DNA of 64,000 bases from Anolis carolinensis (Eukaryota), in NCBI RefSeq assembly GCF_035594765.1, contig NC_085846.1:30491190-30555189 (forward strand), written 5' to 3'. Position 1 is the stretch's first letter, and every line of letters starts with the position of its first letter. A model generated the notes under the pieces. That model saw only the letters and a list, made by a program, of their open reading frames with translations, was not told where the DNA came from and did no database searches. Positions 50,353 through 61,668 of this stretch are shown here, piece by piece. Both the position numbers and the translations under genes were made by a program.

Positions 50353-52327
50353 TACATGCTGGCAACCCTAACAGGCACATTCTTGCCATTCCTTCCCCTT
50401 AGGAGCCAAACAAGTTATCAATATTCCTGTTTACTCATCCCAAATTCAAGGTTGCTTTTCATATCAGTTGTGTTTCAAAAGCTGACATGATCAATGCAGC
50501 CATTGAATGCACTCTTTCTCAACCACAACATCCTTCATAGTTACTGGAAAAGTTAATTTGTCTGACTGCAGAATCCCCCAGCCAACATGGCAATGTACGG
50601 TACCCTGAATGCTGTAAGCCAGAATAGAGTCTTACATTTCCCAGCTCTTCCCCTGCTTATGCAGGAAGTCACGTTGGTCTGCCTTTCCTCAGGTTACATC
50701 CCATGGATGCTTGTCTTTGTATTTCAGGCCAGGAGAGTCCTACCCCACAAAACCCTTGCTTCTGTCTCCACAGTGTCCTCCTCCTCCCAAGCTTGGCTCC
50801 ATCAGAGCTCTGGCCCTTCCACCGCTACCTGACATCTCATTTAGTTTAACAACTGTAATGTGCATAGGAAATTAAGAAGGCCACATATTCTGAGCTCTTG
50901 CCCAATCCAGAGAGTGTTGGTTTGACAGCAGGGCAATTTAAAATTACCGAAAGTGCCCTCCGATGAATAAATGATGTATTTTACTTTAAAAGGCAATTGC
51001 GATGATATAAGAAGGAACAAATTAAGGAGCTCTGTCTACAAAGTAGAAACTAGTAATTTAAAAATTTCCCTCCAACCCCCATGTGGAGGAACTGTTCACC
51101 GAAGTAATGCTGGTCATGCTTGTGAACATGGACAAACTCATTAAAGTGGCAGGGGATGCTTTAAACAAAATACGGGAAGGATTAAAATTAAAGGGACATA
51201 AGCCCCAAAGAGCCTCAATAATAATAATGGATCATCTTACATTTGGCATGTTTGTGTAGCAACTGGGTTTTAGCTAACAAATAATTACTGTGATTTGGAT
51301 CTACAAAAACACTATAAACTAATGAGGCAAGGCAAGGACTTTATGAAGACAAAGTGAAAGAATGATGGCAATCTGGACATCATGTCTCTGGGATGGCTCT
51401 GTATATGAAGAACACATAAATAGAGTGTCTTCAAAGTAGAAATGAATGTTCTCCTCTATTCCTCCCTAACTTTTCTTCCTCTCCTATCTATAATTTTTAA
51501 ACAATAGATCAAATTCTTTTGTCATATTTATGCATTACTCTGGCCCCCTTTTTTACAACGATATTGTGGTAACACGATAGTGATACTTCCAACCGCAACC
51601 ACTACAGCTTGGGAAACTGTTGTGTCAAAGCTACTTATTCCCCTACTTTATTACAGTGATTGAAAAACAGCCCATTGCCATTATCCACTGCAAGATTGTG
51701 AAAACAACACAGTCATCGTTACATTCCTTGTTACTACTCTATTGCTGTTAGTATCCTGAAAGCGAAAATAAAATTGACAAAAATGCCAATAAAGCTTGCA
51801 TAATTTTTGTCAAAATATTTTCTAAAAATTAATGTTCCAAGTAACATTTGAAAAGTAACTAGAAACTATTACATGGCACACCAGTAAAGAGCCTTCACTC
51901 TTACCCATAGTATTATTTTTGAAATTTTGGCTGTAAGGAAGAACTTAACTTGGGGCTTCAGTACCCTAAATAATTATTTCCATCTACATCTGGCGCTTGG
52001 TCCCAATTCACTCCCCAGCATCCAGAGGATCTCAGTGGAGAGAGTGTAATCATTTTGCACCTATGTCTTGGGAGGTAACAAGACGTTTCTCTCATTGTCC
52101 ACCACTCAACAGGCAAAGAATAGTTGTAGTGGGAGTTTCAAGACTTCTGTTGTAGATCCAGAAGTCAGCAAATGACCAGCTGTAGCTCTATATGAGTAGC
52201 TGCTACAATATGTTAGATGATGCAGGAATGCAGTCGGGACCTGTTTCCTATAGCCAAAGTTGGTTTGATTGCACCAAGGGAGATCATGTTTTACAAAGGG
52301 ACTTACTGTTTTCGTCATTTATTTTAG

Positions 52328-52396
52328 CTGCTCAAGGAGAAGTTGTTAGACCTTCTTGGCCAGGAAGAGGAGGAAGGAAGCCACGATGAGAACGTG
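52328..52396 (+). CDS. ASIC2: ASIC2 coding exon (69 bp): LLKEKLLDLLGQEEEEGSHDENV
   Basis: TAG acceptor, GTAAGT donor; matches ASIC2 cytoplasmic tail; phase 0 to 0. Confidence 0.94.
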
Positions 52397-52710
52397 GTAA
52401 GTAAGGGTCAAGTTCAAGTTCAGAAATACAGCTTGGAAAGGCTTATTTTGACTGCAACTCTAACCAGCATGGGAGTTATGGTTCAGAAATTAACTTGAAG
52501 TGCAAAAACTTCTTACAATTATTCCAATGATTGGGGGTTACCATTTGCACAAAACTCAGATGCTGTTCTCCTTTCTTTTAGTTTGACATTTACTAGGCTC
52601 TGAGCCTCAGCACTGTGGAGCAAATGAGTTCTGATTACAGTAAGCAAAACGATCTTGCACAAATACCTCTTGGGGCTCAGTTGAAGGCAACATGAAATGT
52701 CTTTCTAAAA

Positions 52711-52844
52711 CAGTGGTTCTCAACCTGTGGGTCCCCAGATGTTTTAGCCTACAACTCCTAGAGAGCCAGCCGGTTTACCAGCTGTTAGGATTTCTGGGAG
52801 TTGAAGGTCAAAACATCTGGGGACCCACAGGTTGAGAACCACTA
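52711..52844. mobile_element. ~135-bp hAT MITE
   Basis: Perfect TSD TTCTAAAA. Confidence 0.92.
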
Positions 52845-53360
52845 TTCTAAAAGAAAGAAACACACTGGTGTGTCTCAAAACAGTACTACTTTCAGCCCCC
52901 CCCCCCCCCCCCAGCCACCTTCTTTTGGGGAGAAAGGTTTCTAATTTTTCACTGGTGCAAGAAATGTATTCTGTACATGTTCAGAGGCACCCTCCCTTTC
53001 GTTGTCACTTCCTAGATGCAGCCAAATTAAACTTGGGGGTGGTGAAGCCCTGGCTGAAACTAATGTTAAATGGATTGAAAGGCATCATCACCCAATTGCT
53101 CAATAAACGACTGAGTCATATCTTATAAAATTCATTTTTTCTGTTCTCAGTGTTTTTAGATTGCAGGCAATAGAGCATAAATGGATAATTTTCTGATCTT
53201 TTGGAATGGAATTCAGAGGAACAGTTTTAAACTACCTCAATGAAAAGCTAAGCAAGGTTCAAAGTGCAGCACCCAAGTTTTTGACTTGGGTGCAATTGGC
53301 AATAGCTTCCAACTCTTGTAGTACTTTGATACCACTTTAAGAATCATGGCTTACTGCTTT

Positions 53361-54195
53361 AGAAGAAGGAGTTGCCTACTTGTAACTGTTTTTCTTTGAG
53401 TGGTGATCTGTGAAATTTGCACATAAGGGGTTTTTCCACGCATGTGCTGTGCAGTTTGGAACCTTCTAGATCTCTAAAACAGTGGTTCTCAACCTGGGGT
53501 CCCCAGATGTCTTTGGCCTGCAACTTCCAGAAATCCCAGCCAGTTTACCAGTTGTTAGGATTTCTGGGAGTTGAAGGCCAAAAACATCTTTGGACCATAG
53601 GTTGAGAACTACTGCTCTAAATGAAACATGTTGGTGGAGGCCTCACCCACTTTCCCCATAGAGTATAAGTAGCCTTGGGCAGGACTGAGCCTCGGTTCCT
53701 TTTTTCCGCCACTGAGGCTGCAGCTAGGAACCTCTTCTGTGTTGTACTTTGCGATTTGCTACATTCCTTTAATGGTTTTGACTCGAACGCCAATGGACTT
53801 GCTTCCTTCTCCCTCCCTCAACCTCGGACTGCATTAGGCTTCCCTTGATTCCTCCCTGCCCCCAACAACCCGGACCGGACACAGGCCAGGATAGTTGCCC
53901 TTTTGGCTTCCGCTTCACTTCTTAGAAAGTGTTCCACTTGTGGGACCAGACTCCCTGATGCAGATGGCCATACCAAATGCTTATTTTCCCTGGGGGAGGA
54001 CCATGTTACCCAGGCCTGTGCCATCTGCCAGGTTTTCAACCCCAAGTGTGGTGCCATAGGGAGACCTCTTTGAGGGCATCCCTTTACAAAAAGTCCCTCA
54101 CCCCCCCCCCCCCCACACACACACACACCATGCGCCCAGCTGACTGCTCGGCTCTGAAGCCACACAGTGCTGAGGGCTCCCTGGACAAACAGGAG
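53361..54195 (+). mobile_element. DIRS-like retroelement 5' fragment
   Basis: Terminal-like ttctttgagtggtgatctgtgaaatt; Gag-like RKCSTCGTRLPDADGHTKCLFSLGEDHVTQACAIC at ~53924-54028. Confidence 0.7.
53480..53614. mobile_element. hAT MITE nested in the DIRS fragment
   Basis: TSD CTCTAAAA/CTCTAAAT. Confidence 0.9.
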
Positions 54196-54994
54196 TGAAT
54201 TTCAGTATGTAGGAGTTACATTCAGTTCTGGTATTCATAAAACGGATCTATTCTCCTAATTCTTTAATTCCAAGTGGCTTCTGTAACAGTTGATATTTTA
54301 AAAACCCAACCAGATTTGGAAAGATTGGGTGACTGTTTCATCCATCTAATGAAGTGGACTTAGGCCCACAAAAGCTTCTGTCACAATAAACTGGCACATG
54401 GCAACTCAAGATTCTGCTACACTTGAACTGTGCTTTGTGAACTCTGCCTCCAAACCTGGGACTGTATAGAAGGAGGCCGGGACAGAGTTGGACAGTCACC
54501 CCCTTGATCTCAGTTATTATCGAGACCTGTTATAGATCAACAAAATGTTGCTTTTATTGACCTGGTGGGATCTGTAAACCTTTGTTTACCTCATGTTCGC
54601 CCAGTTGTAGATTAGAGGTGGCAAGAGGTCGAAATAAATTGGGGGGAAAAACTAGTAGGATTTTCTAGTTCTAGTTTTTTAGTTGAACTAAACATAAGAA
54701 ATAGCTGCATCCATCATGAGGCGTCAAAGGCGGAATAGCTGTTAGCCAGAGAAATATGAAGATAGATGAGACCAGCCTTGCCCAGCCAGATGCTTTGCAA
54801 ATGTGATGGACTGCCACACCCAGCATCCCCAGCTGCTATAGATTCTGAATTTCTCCCCAGTGCTTTCAGTGCCAACTGAGAGTTCAATGTGAAGATCATA
54901 AACAGAAACATATAAACATCTTTGAGCAGTTTAACTTCAGTGAGAAGTCAGGCTTGCATGTATCCCCAGATCTTAATTTTTGTAGTTTGGTTTA

Positions 54995-54995
<1 letters not shown>

Positions 54996-55044
<49 letters not shown>

Positions 55045-55490
55045 CTTTATTTATATTCTGCCCTTCTACCTTAGGGGACTCAGGGGATTACAGTATTTAC
55101 ATACATAGGCAAACATTCAGTTCCTTTACAATCACATGAGACACACAAACACAAACAAAGGGCAAGGCTTCTCCTTTCATTTCTGGCTTCTGGAGGCGGT
55201 GCTCATCTCTGGCTCTGGGAGGTGCTTTTCTCCATTTTCAAGCCGAGGAACCTCTATTGTCACCTCCTGGTCATGTGACTGGCAAGATTGTTTGGAGCGT
55301 CTCTTTTCCTTTTTCTTCTGAAGCGGTACCTATTTATCTACTCACATTTGCTTGTTTTCGAACTGCTAGGTTGTTAGGAACTAGGACTGACAGAAGAGAG
55401 CTCACCCTGTCTCGTGGATTTGAACTGCCAACCTTTATGTCAGCAGTTCAGCAGTGCAAGGGTTTAACCTATTGTGCCAACGCGGCCCCT
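54996..55490 (-). mobile_element. Sauria-SINE-like head/body fused to an L2-type tail and (AAT)n
   Basis: tRNA head at 55490, caacctagcagttcgaaaacaagc core, then gagtcccctaaggtagaagggcagaatataaataaa. Confidence 0.7.
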
Positions 55491-55569
55491 AAGGTTTAGT
55501 TGTAGATGCCTGATAGTCTGAGGAAACAGGTACCACTCCTCATGTAAGAAATCCTCCTGGCAGTCATTT

Positions 55570-55810
55570 TAATTATTATTATTATTGTTATTTTATTTTA
55601 TTTTTGTACCCTGCCTCTATTTCCCCAAAGGGACTCGGGGTGACTTATATGGGGACAAGCCCGATTAACATAATTAAAATAACACACTGAGATACATAAA
55701 ACAATATCATAAAACAGAATAAAAATAACAACATTATATCAGAGTATAAGGCAACCATTGAACCAACAACTAATGAAACTGAAATAACAATCAGTTTCTG
55801 GGCATGGGTG
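55570..55810 (-). mobile_element. L2 3' end
   Basis: Homologous to 11312-11600. Confidence 0.7.
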
Positions 55811-56104
55811 CACCGAAAGGGAAATATTGAACTGCAAGTTCCATAAATCTCACCATATAGCCTACTGGCCAAGGCAGATAGCAGAAGAATTCCTAACACA
55901 GGTACCACAAATGGTATGGCACATTTTAAGTGGGTCGTGTCACTTCTGCATACAGTCTTTGAGCAATATCTGAAAGGTAGGCCAGTATAGTTATGCCTGT
56001 GATTTGATGGTTGCCTAGATCATCCAGTGAGTACACGGCTGAGGTGTGATATTCTTTTGCAGCAGCTGATTTCTACCATCTTTTCTCTTTCGATCTTTTG
56101 GCAG

Positions 56105-56206
56105 AGCACCTGCGAGCCCTTGCCCAACCACTCTGATCCCATCAGCCACACTGTGACAGTCCCCCTGCAGACCACACTTGGCACGCTGGAAGAGATTGCG
56201 TGCTGA
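56105..56206 (+). CDS. ASIC2: ASIC2 last coding exon: STCEPLPNHSDPISHTVTVPLQTTLGTLEEIAC*
   Basis: CAG acceptor; ends in the EIAC PDZ-binding motif of ASIC2, TGA at 56204-56206. Confidence 0.96.
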   Translation, partial: STCEPLPNHSDPISHTVTVPLQTTLGTLEEIAC

Positions 56207-57082
56207 CAGCACTCTCTGGGCATGACTACAGATGGACGGACAGCAGAAACTGTATCCCCAGAAGCCAGGGAATCGGAGCCCAGGTTCCCCGCCATGGGGT
56301 GGGGGGAATAGCTGAGGAATCCGCTATGCATCCAACTCGTTCTCTCTCTTCTTGCCAAACAAACCGCAAGAGATGCCAGGGACTTGCCCCACCCTGTCTG
56401 TGAAGGGATGGCAGGGGTGGGAGGAGGAGGAGGAGGAGGAGGGTGGGGGGCACCTCCAGCAGCAGAGGCCGGGTTTTTGAACTGTACAAATCCAACGACC
56501 AAGGAACCATCATTTCACATAGACTGCCAACGACTGTACAAAAGACTCCTGCATGCCAGTCCTTTTGATGGCAATATCTCCCTCCCTTTTTTTTTTCTTT
56601 ACACGCCTGTCTCTTGTCTTAACAGCTGTTTCCTTCGTTTTCCACAACAGAAGAGGAGGCCATGACACTCGTGTCGCTCCCCACTTCCCCGAAACAGAAA
56701 GTTCACAATAACTTGATAACACCATGGACTGAATTGGAAACAAATCAAGCTCTGGCTTCCAGGTGTCCATTACTTTTTGTCTTTGTCTAAATCTGTGACC
56801 GGGTCTCTGAGCGTTTGCAGGGCCCATTCACCTGGGCAGCCAAGATGAGCAAAGGTCAAGCAAAATGGCTCATCTTGTTTACTGCCATCGACCTCCCCCA
56901 CCATTGCCCCCTCCTGTATGCACAAGCACCCACAAACACACCAGCCCCCTTGGCACTCATCAGCCACAGCTACTGTCTTGTTAAGATTGGCGTGTCATGC
57001 CGTGTCAGGACTGGGGACCCGGGGGGAGGCTGGGTTCAAGGGCCATTTTGACCTACCCTGCTTCCTCATTCTTAACAGTGCG

Positions 57083-57088
57083 ATTAAA
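57083..57088 (+). terminator. Candidate ASIC2 polyadenylation signal (ATTAAA)
   Basis: About 880 nt after the stop, followed by a GT-rich downstream element (gtttgtgtcatgtcttgtt, ~57111-57129); AATAAA sites also occur near 58445 and 58791. Confidence 0.4.
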
Positions 57089-57224
57089 GGTGGTCTTGTG
57101 GAAGGGGCTCGTTTGTGTCATGTCTTGTTATTTCCATCTTCATGAGCCAGGGCTCGGGATCTGTTTCAGGGGTGAACACTTTAAATACATGCAATTAACA
57201 GTAATCCTGGCCTTGCCACTAAGC

Positions 57225-57626
57225 CATCGTTTCTCAACCTGGGGGTCGGGACCCCTGGGGGGGTCATGAGGGAGTGTCATAGGGGTCGCCAAAGACCACC
57301 AGAAAAGATATTTCTGATGGTCTTAGGAACCCCTTTGGCAGAGAAAGCTGAAAATCTCTCCACCTGTTTGGCCCAGTTCTATCGTTGGTGGGGTTCAAGG
57401 GGCGCATTGATTGTAGGGTAAACTATAAATCCTACAAGGTCTATTTTTCCCAAACTCCAGGTCCAGTGAATGAAAATACATCCAGCATATCAGATATTTA
57501 CAATTCGTAACAGTAGCAAAATTAGAGTTAGGAAGTAGCAATGAAAATAATTTTATAGTTGGGGGTCACCACAACATGAGGAACTGTATTAAGGCCTTGC
57601 GGCATTAGGAAGGTTGAGAACCACTG
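57225..57626 (+). mobile_element. SPIN non-autonomous hAT transposon
   Basis: Diagnostic 3' half …aacagtagcaaaatt…gggggtcaccacaacatgaggaactgtattaa…aggttgagaaccactg; perfect TSD CACTAAGC. Confidence 0.9.
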
Positions 57627-58122
57627 CACTAAGCAGCATAAATAGACAGTTGCCTCTGGCAGTGATATGCCTACCACCACCATCCACTGCCACTCTTCCT
57701 GAAGCCTCTTGCTCTTTTGCTGTCATGGAAGAGAGAGTGGCATATGTCATACCACCTGCCCTGCTCTACCAACTGGCCTGCCTTACGGATAGATGCCTCC
57801 GTTTTTCTGCTGTTTATCACAATTCACTTAACATTTTTATTTCTTTTCATACATTGGCTTTTAGAACGAGCAGCCCTGTACTCGAACACAGCCACACTTG
57901 ACATTCAAAAACGAATTCCTGGGCTTGTCCAGATTAGTTTAAAGGAACATGACTTCTCACAATGTAGTTTTTGGGCCATGCCAGCAGTTGTCACCTCCAT
58001 GTCTCCTGTTTTCTGTTATTTTAAAAGAGCTATTTGTAGTGATTTTTTTTAAAGAATTGCGACATTCCTCTTTCATTGATGTGCTTATAACACTGGAAAA
58101 AAAACAAAGTGTGATAAAGGAG

Positions 58123-58372
58123 GTTTTTTAAAAATCGTGTCGGAAGTGAATTGAGAACATACTGCAAGTCGCTTCTGGTGTGAGCGAATCGGCTATCTAC
58201 AAAGACGTTGCCCAGGGGATGCCCAGATGTGTTACCATCCTGCTGGGAGGCTTCTCTCATGTCACCGCATGACAGACAGGAGCTCACTCCGTCTTGCGGA
58301 TTCTAACCACCAACCTTCAGGTCAGCAGTTTAGCCGGCACAAGGGTTTAACCCATTGCACTACCAGGGCCCT
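58123..58372 (-). mobile_element. Vingi-partner SINE
   Basis: 11-bp TSD TGATAAAGGAG; retains the LINE ATG (cttgcagtATGttctcaa). Confidence 0.9.
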
Positions 58373-59189
58373 TGATAAAGGAGCAAAGGGTGCCTTTTTT
58401 ATATATAAGTCTCAGAATGAAAAAGATATTATCTCAAGGGTAGGAATAAAATGTTGTAGCTGGTGCTTGAAATGTCTAAAAAGAGACTGAGACACAGAAA
58501 TATAACTTGGACAGTTTAAAAAAATACAGAAACTACAGCAACAAATCCTGTAATCTCCCAACGCATTTGTCCCATTTGAAAGAGACCCCTCTTGCGGTGT
58601 ATGTGTGTGATATCTAAATATTGTATTGGCCCATGTTGATTTTATTTATTAAAATTCAGGGACATTATATTTGAAAATAGCCTATTTTTCCCATGTCGAG
58701 ACACCAGACTGGTTACATAGACCCATGAGATCTTTCTTCATGGATTTGTCTTTAATGAGCATTTCGGTCTGATGTCTGTAGACAAATTGGAATAAAAAAC
58801 TGATGAAAATGGTACCCAGCGTCATACCAATTATTTGTCTTCCTGCTTCTGCCCTGGCCAAAAGAATTAACATAAACACCTTTCAGAAGCTTGAATTTTA
58901 GTAAGAAAATCAGCAACTAGAGATATTCAGTAATACCCTTAGCTTTTTCTTTGCTTCTCTTTTACGTCATTCAGAATAGAAGGTACAGGCAGAATAGAAG
59001 CAATTTATTCCTTGTTAAAGCTATAAAGCCCATTGTGTTGATGCATAATTATGGTACCAGGTGTATGGGCACATTGTTAATGCCTGATTCCATTTCGAGA
59101 GAGAAGAGCTCAATTGAATTTTGAAAAAAAAAGGCTTTAAGGATAGATGGAAATAGGCAACTGCAGCATTTACACTTCAGTGTGTAGAC

Positions 59190-59336
59190 CAGGGGTCCCC
59201 AAACTAAGGCCCGGGGGCCGGATGCGGCCCATTGAAGCCATTTATCCGACCCCCACGGCACAAGGGCAGAAGGGGGTTGGGCTAAACCCCCTTCTTACAA
59301 CCCTTACAACCCTTCGTCTTCTTCTTCTTCTTCTTC

Positions 59337-59382
<46 letters not shown>

Positions 59383-59493
59383 TAAAATTGAGGCTGGGTG
59401 GCCATCTGTCAGGGATGCTTTGCTTGTGCTTTGGGTGCACAAAGGCAGAAGGGGGTTGGACTCAGTGGCCCAAGGGGTCTCTTTCAACCCTCT

Positions 59494-59528
<35 letters not shown>

Positions 59529-59702
59529 ATTAACATCAAGGCTGTATTTGTTCCCGTTTTGTTTTGTTTTTTACTTCAAAATGAGGCATGTGCAGAGTGC
59601 ATAGGAATTTGTTCATAGTTTCTTTTTAAACTCTAGTCCGGCCCTCCAACGGTCTGAGGGACCGTGGACTGGCCCCCTGTTTAAAAAGTTTGGAGACCCC
59701 TG
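59190..59702 (+). mobile_element. OC1/OposCharlie1-like non-autonomous hAT carrying CR1 tails and microsatellites
   Basis: CAGGGGTCCCCAAACT...AGTTTGGAGACCCCTG; perfect TSD GTGTAGAC. Confidence 0.85.
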
Positions 59703-59794
59703 GTGTAGACAAATAAGAGAGAAAAAGTGAATTTTGTAAGGCCCCATATCCATTGCATGTATCATTCATGGATATGAGGATCATATGATACATA

Positions 59795-60122
59795 GCCCTG
59801 GTGGCACAGTGTGTTAAAGCGCTGAGCTGCTGAACTTGTGGACCAAAAGGTCCCAGGTTCAAATCCCGGGAGCGGAATGAGCGCCTGCTGTTAGCCCCAG
59901 CTCCTGCCAACCTAGCAGTTCGAAAACATGCAAATGTGAGTAGATCAGTAGGTACCGCTCCGGCAGGAAGGTAACGGTGCTCCATTCATTCATGCCAGCC
60001 ACATGACCTTGGAGGTGTCTATGGACAACGCTGGCTCTTCAGCTTAGAAATGGAGATGAGCACCAACCCCCAGAGTCGAATACGACTGGACTTAATGTTA
60101 GGGGAAACCTTTACCTTACCTT
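59795..60122 (+). mobile_element. Sauria SINE
   Basis: Full body; TSD TATGATA(C/T)ATAG. Confidence 0.92.
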
Positions 60123-60171
60123 ATGATATATAGGTTTGATTTATGAAGTGTCCATCTTCAATACATTAATT

Positions 60172-60414
60172 AGGAGCCCCGGAGGTGCAATGGGTTAAAT
60201 CCTTTTGCTGACCGACAGGTTGGCGGTTTGAATCTGAGGAGAGTGGGTGAGCGCCTTCTGTCAGCTCCCTGTGCAGGGACATGAGAGAAGCCTCCCACAG
60301 GGATGGTAAAACATCAAACACCTGGGCGTCCTTGGGCCAATGTCCTTGCAGACTGCCAATTCTCTCGCACCAGAAGCGACTTGCAGTTTCTCAAGTCACT
60401 CCTGACACAAAAAA
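60172..60414 (+). mobile_element. Full-length Vingi-partner SINE, inside a palindromic MITE (~60128-60468)
   Basis: GGAGCCCC tRNA head, ribozyme-like body, A tail; flanks ATATAGGTTTGATTTATG / CATAAATCAAACCTATAT. Confidence 0.88.
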
Positions 60415-60558
60415 GTACCTCAAATAATTCTTGAGATGGACAGAAAACCCCATAAATCAAACCTATATACGGTCTGACCCCCATATCCATGAAGGATACA
60501 TTTAATTATTCCCTGGTCTATTCCTGAAACTGTGATAATAGTGAATACTATATTTTCT

Positions 60559-60876
60559 GGAGCCTCCGGTGGCTCAGGGTGTTAAAGCACTGAGCTGCTG
60601 AACTTGCAGACCGAAAGGTCCCAGGTTCAATTCCTGGGAGCGGCTTGAGCGCCCGCTGTTAGTTCCAGCTCCTGCCAACCTAGCAGTTCGAAAACATGCC
60701 AATGTGAGTAGATCAATAGGTACCACTCCGGCGGGAAGGTAACGGCTTTCCATGCAGTCATGCCGGCCACATGACCTTGGAGGTGTCTATGGACAACGCC
60801 GGCTCTTCGGCTTAGAAATGGAGATGAGCACCAACCCCCAGAGTCAGACATGACTGGACTTAACGTCAGGGAAAAC
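60559..60876 (+). mobile_element. Sauria SINE
   Basis: 14-bp TSD CTATATTTTCTGGA. Confidence 0.93.
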
Positions 60877-61520
60877 CTATATTTTCTGGACTAGCTTTAC
60901 ACTGATCTTACAAAACTATCCTCTGGTTTGAAAATACCAAAAATGCAATATGGGAAGTATTACTTAGTTTGGAATCCTTACCCCAAAACCCATCCAGGTA
61001 TGTAAGGTCTTCTAATTGATGAGATTAGGCAGAAAAAGGAAGACTTGTTTCCCAGTGTAATTGGGTGTTTGTTTGTTTTTTAAGGAAAAAAGGGAATTGA
61101 ATCCTGACAAGAGACAGAGGTAGTCTCTCCAAACCTTCCTTTCTTTGCCTTCTTAATGTCTCATATGTAAGCATTGCCCCCTAAAGGAATTAATGTTCAC
61201 TGCAACAAGATGTTATCTACAGTTATTGTATAGCTGGAAGCATACTCATTGATCTCCAATGTCCTCCTGTGTCACTTATCACCGCAGTTCGCTGACACTT
61301 TTCACGCTTCATCAGATAACTTAAGATGTACCACATGAGGTCATGGCTGAGAATCATGTGATCCAAGCATCCACAAAGCAATTTTGTCTTCTTTCTTTTG
61401 CTCCTCACTCCACCTCCAATTGGCCAATCAAGAAAAATACCCACTCTTTGAAGGCTCAAGAGCAGTAATTTTTCTTTTAAGTATGATACAGAACCTTGGT
61501 TTATTGCCAAGGGTGAGACC

Positions 61521-61668
61521 ATTGGGTTGCTGTAAGTTTCACGGGCTGTATGGCCATTCTCCAGAAGCATTCTCTCCTGATGTTTCACCCACATCTATGG
61601 CAGGCATCCTCAGAGGTTGTGAGGTCTGTTGGAAACTAGGCAAGTTGGGTTTATTTATCTGGAATGTC
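61521..61668 (-). mobile_element. Penelope-like terminal fragment containing a hammerhead motif
   Basis: Same family as 20076-20258. Confidence 0.8.

Noticed and set aside
52606-52625. REST/RE1 site (TCAGCAC…GGA)
   Set aside because: The right half-site GGACAG is absent.
56204-56311. Stop-codon readthrough of ASIC2 (TGA-C)
   Set aside because: The context is TGA CAG, not the strong TGA CTAG motif; no supporting signal.
60559-60876. tRNA genes in SINE heads, or an HDV fold in the Sauria SINE body
   Set aside because: Heads are tRNA-derived promoters without a full cloverleaf, and I could not assign P1-P4 in the Sauria body.
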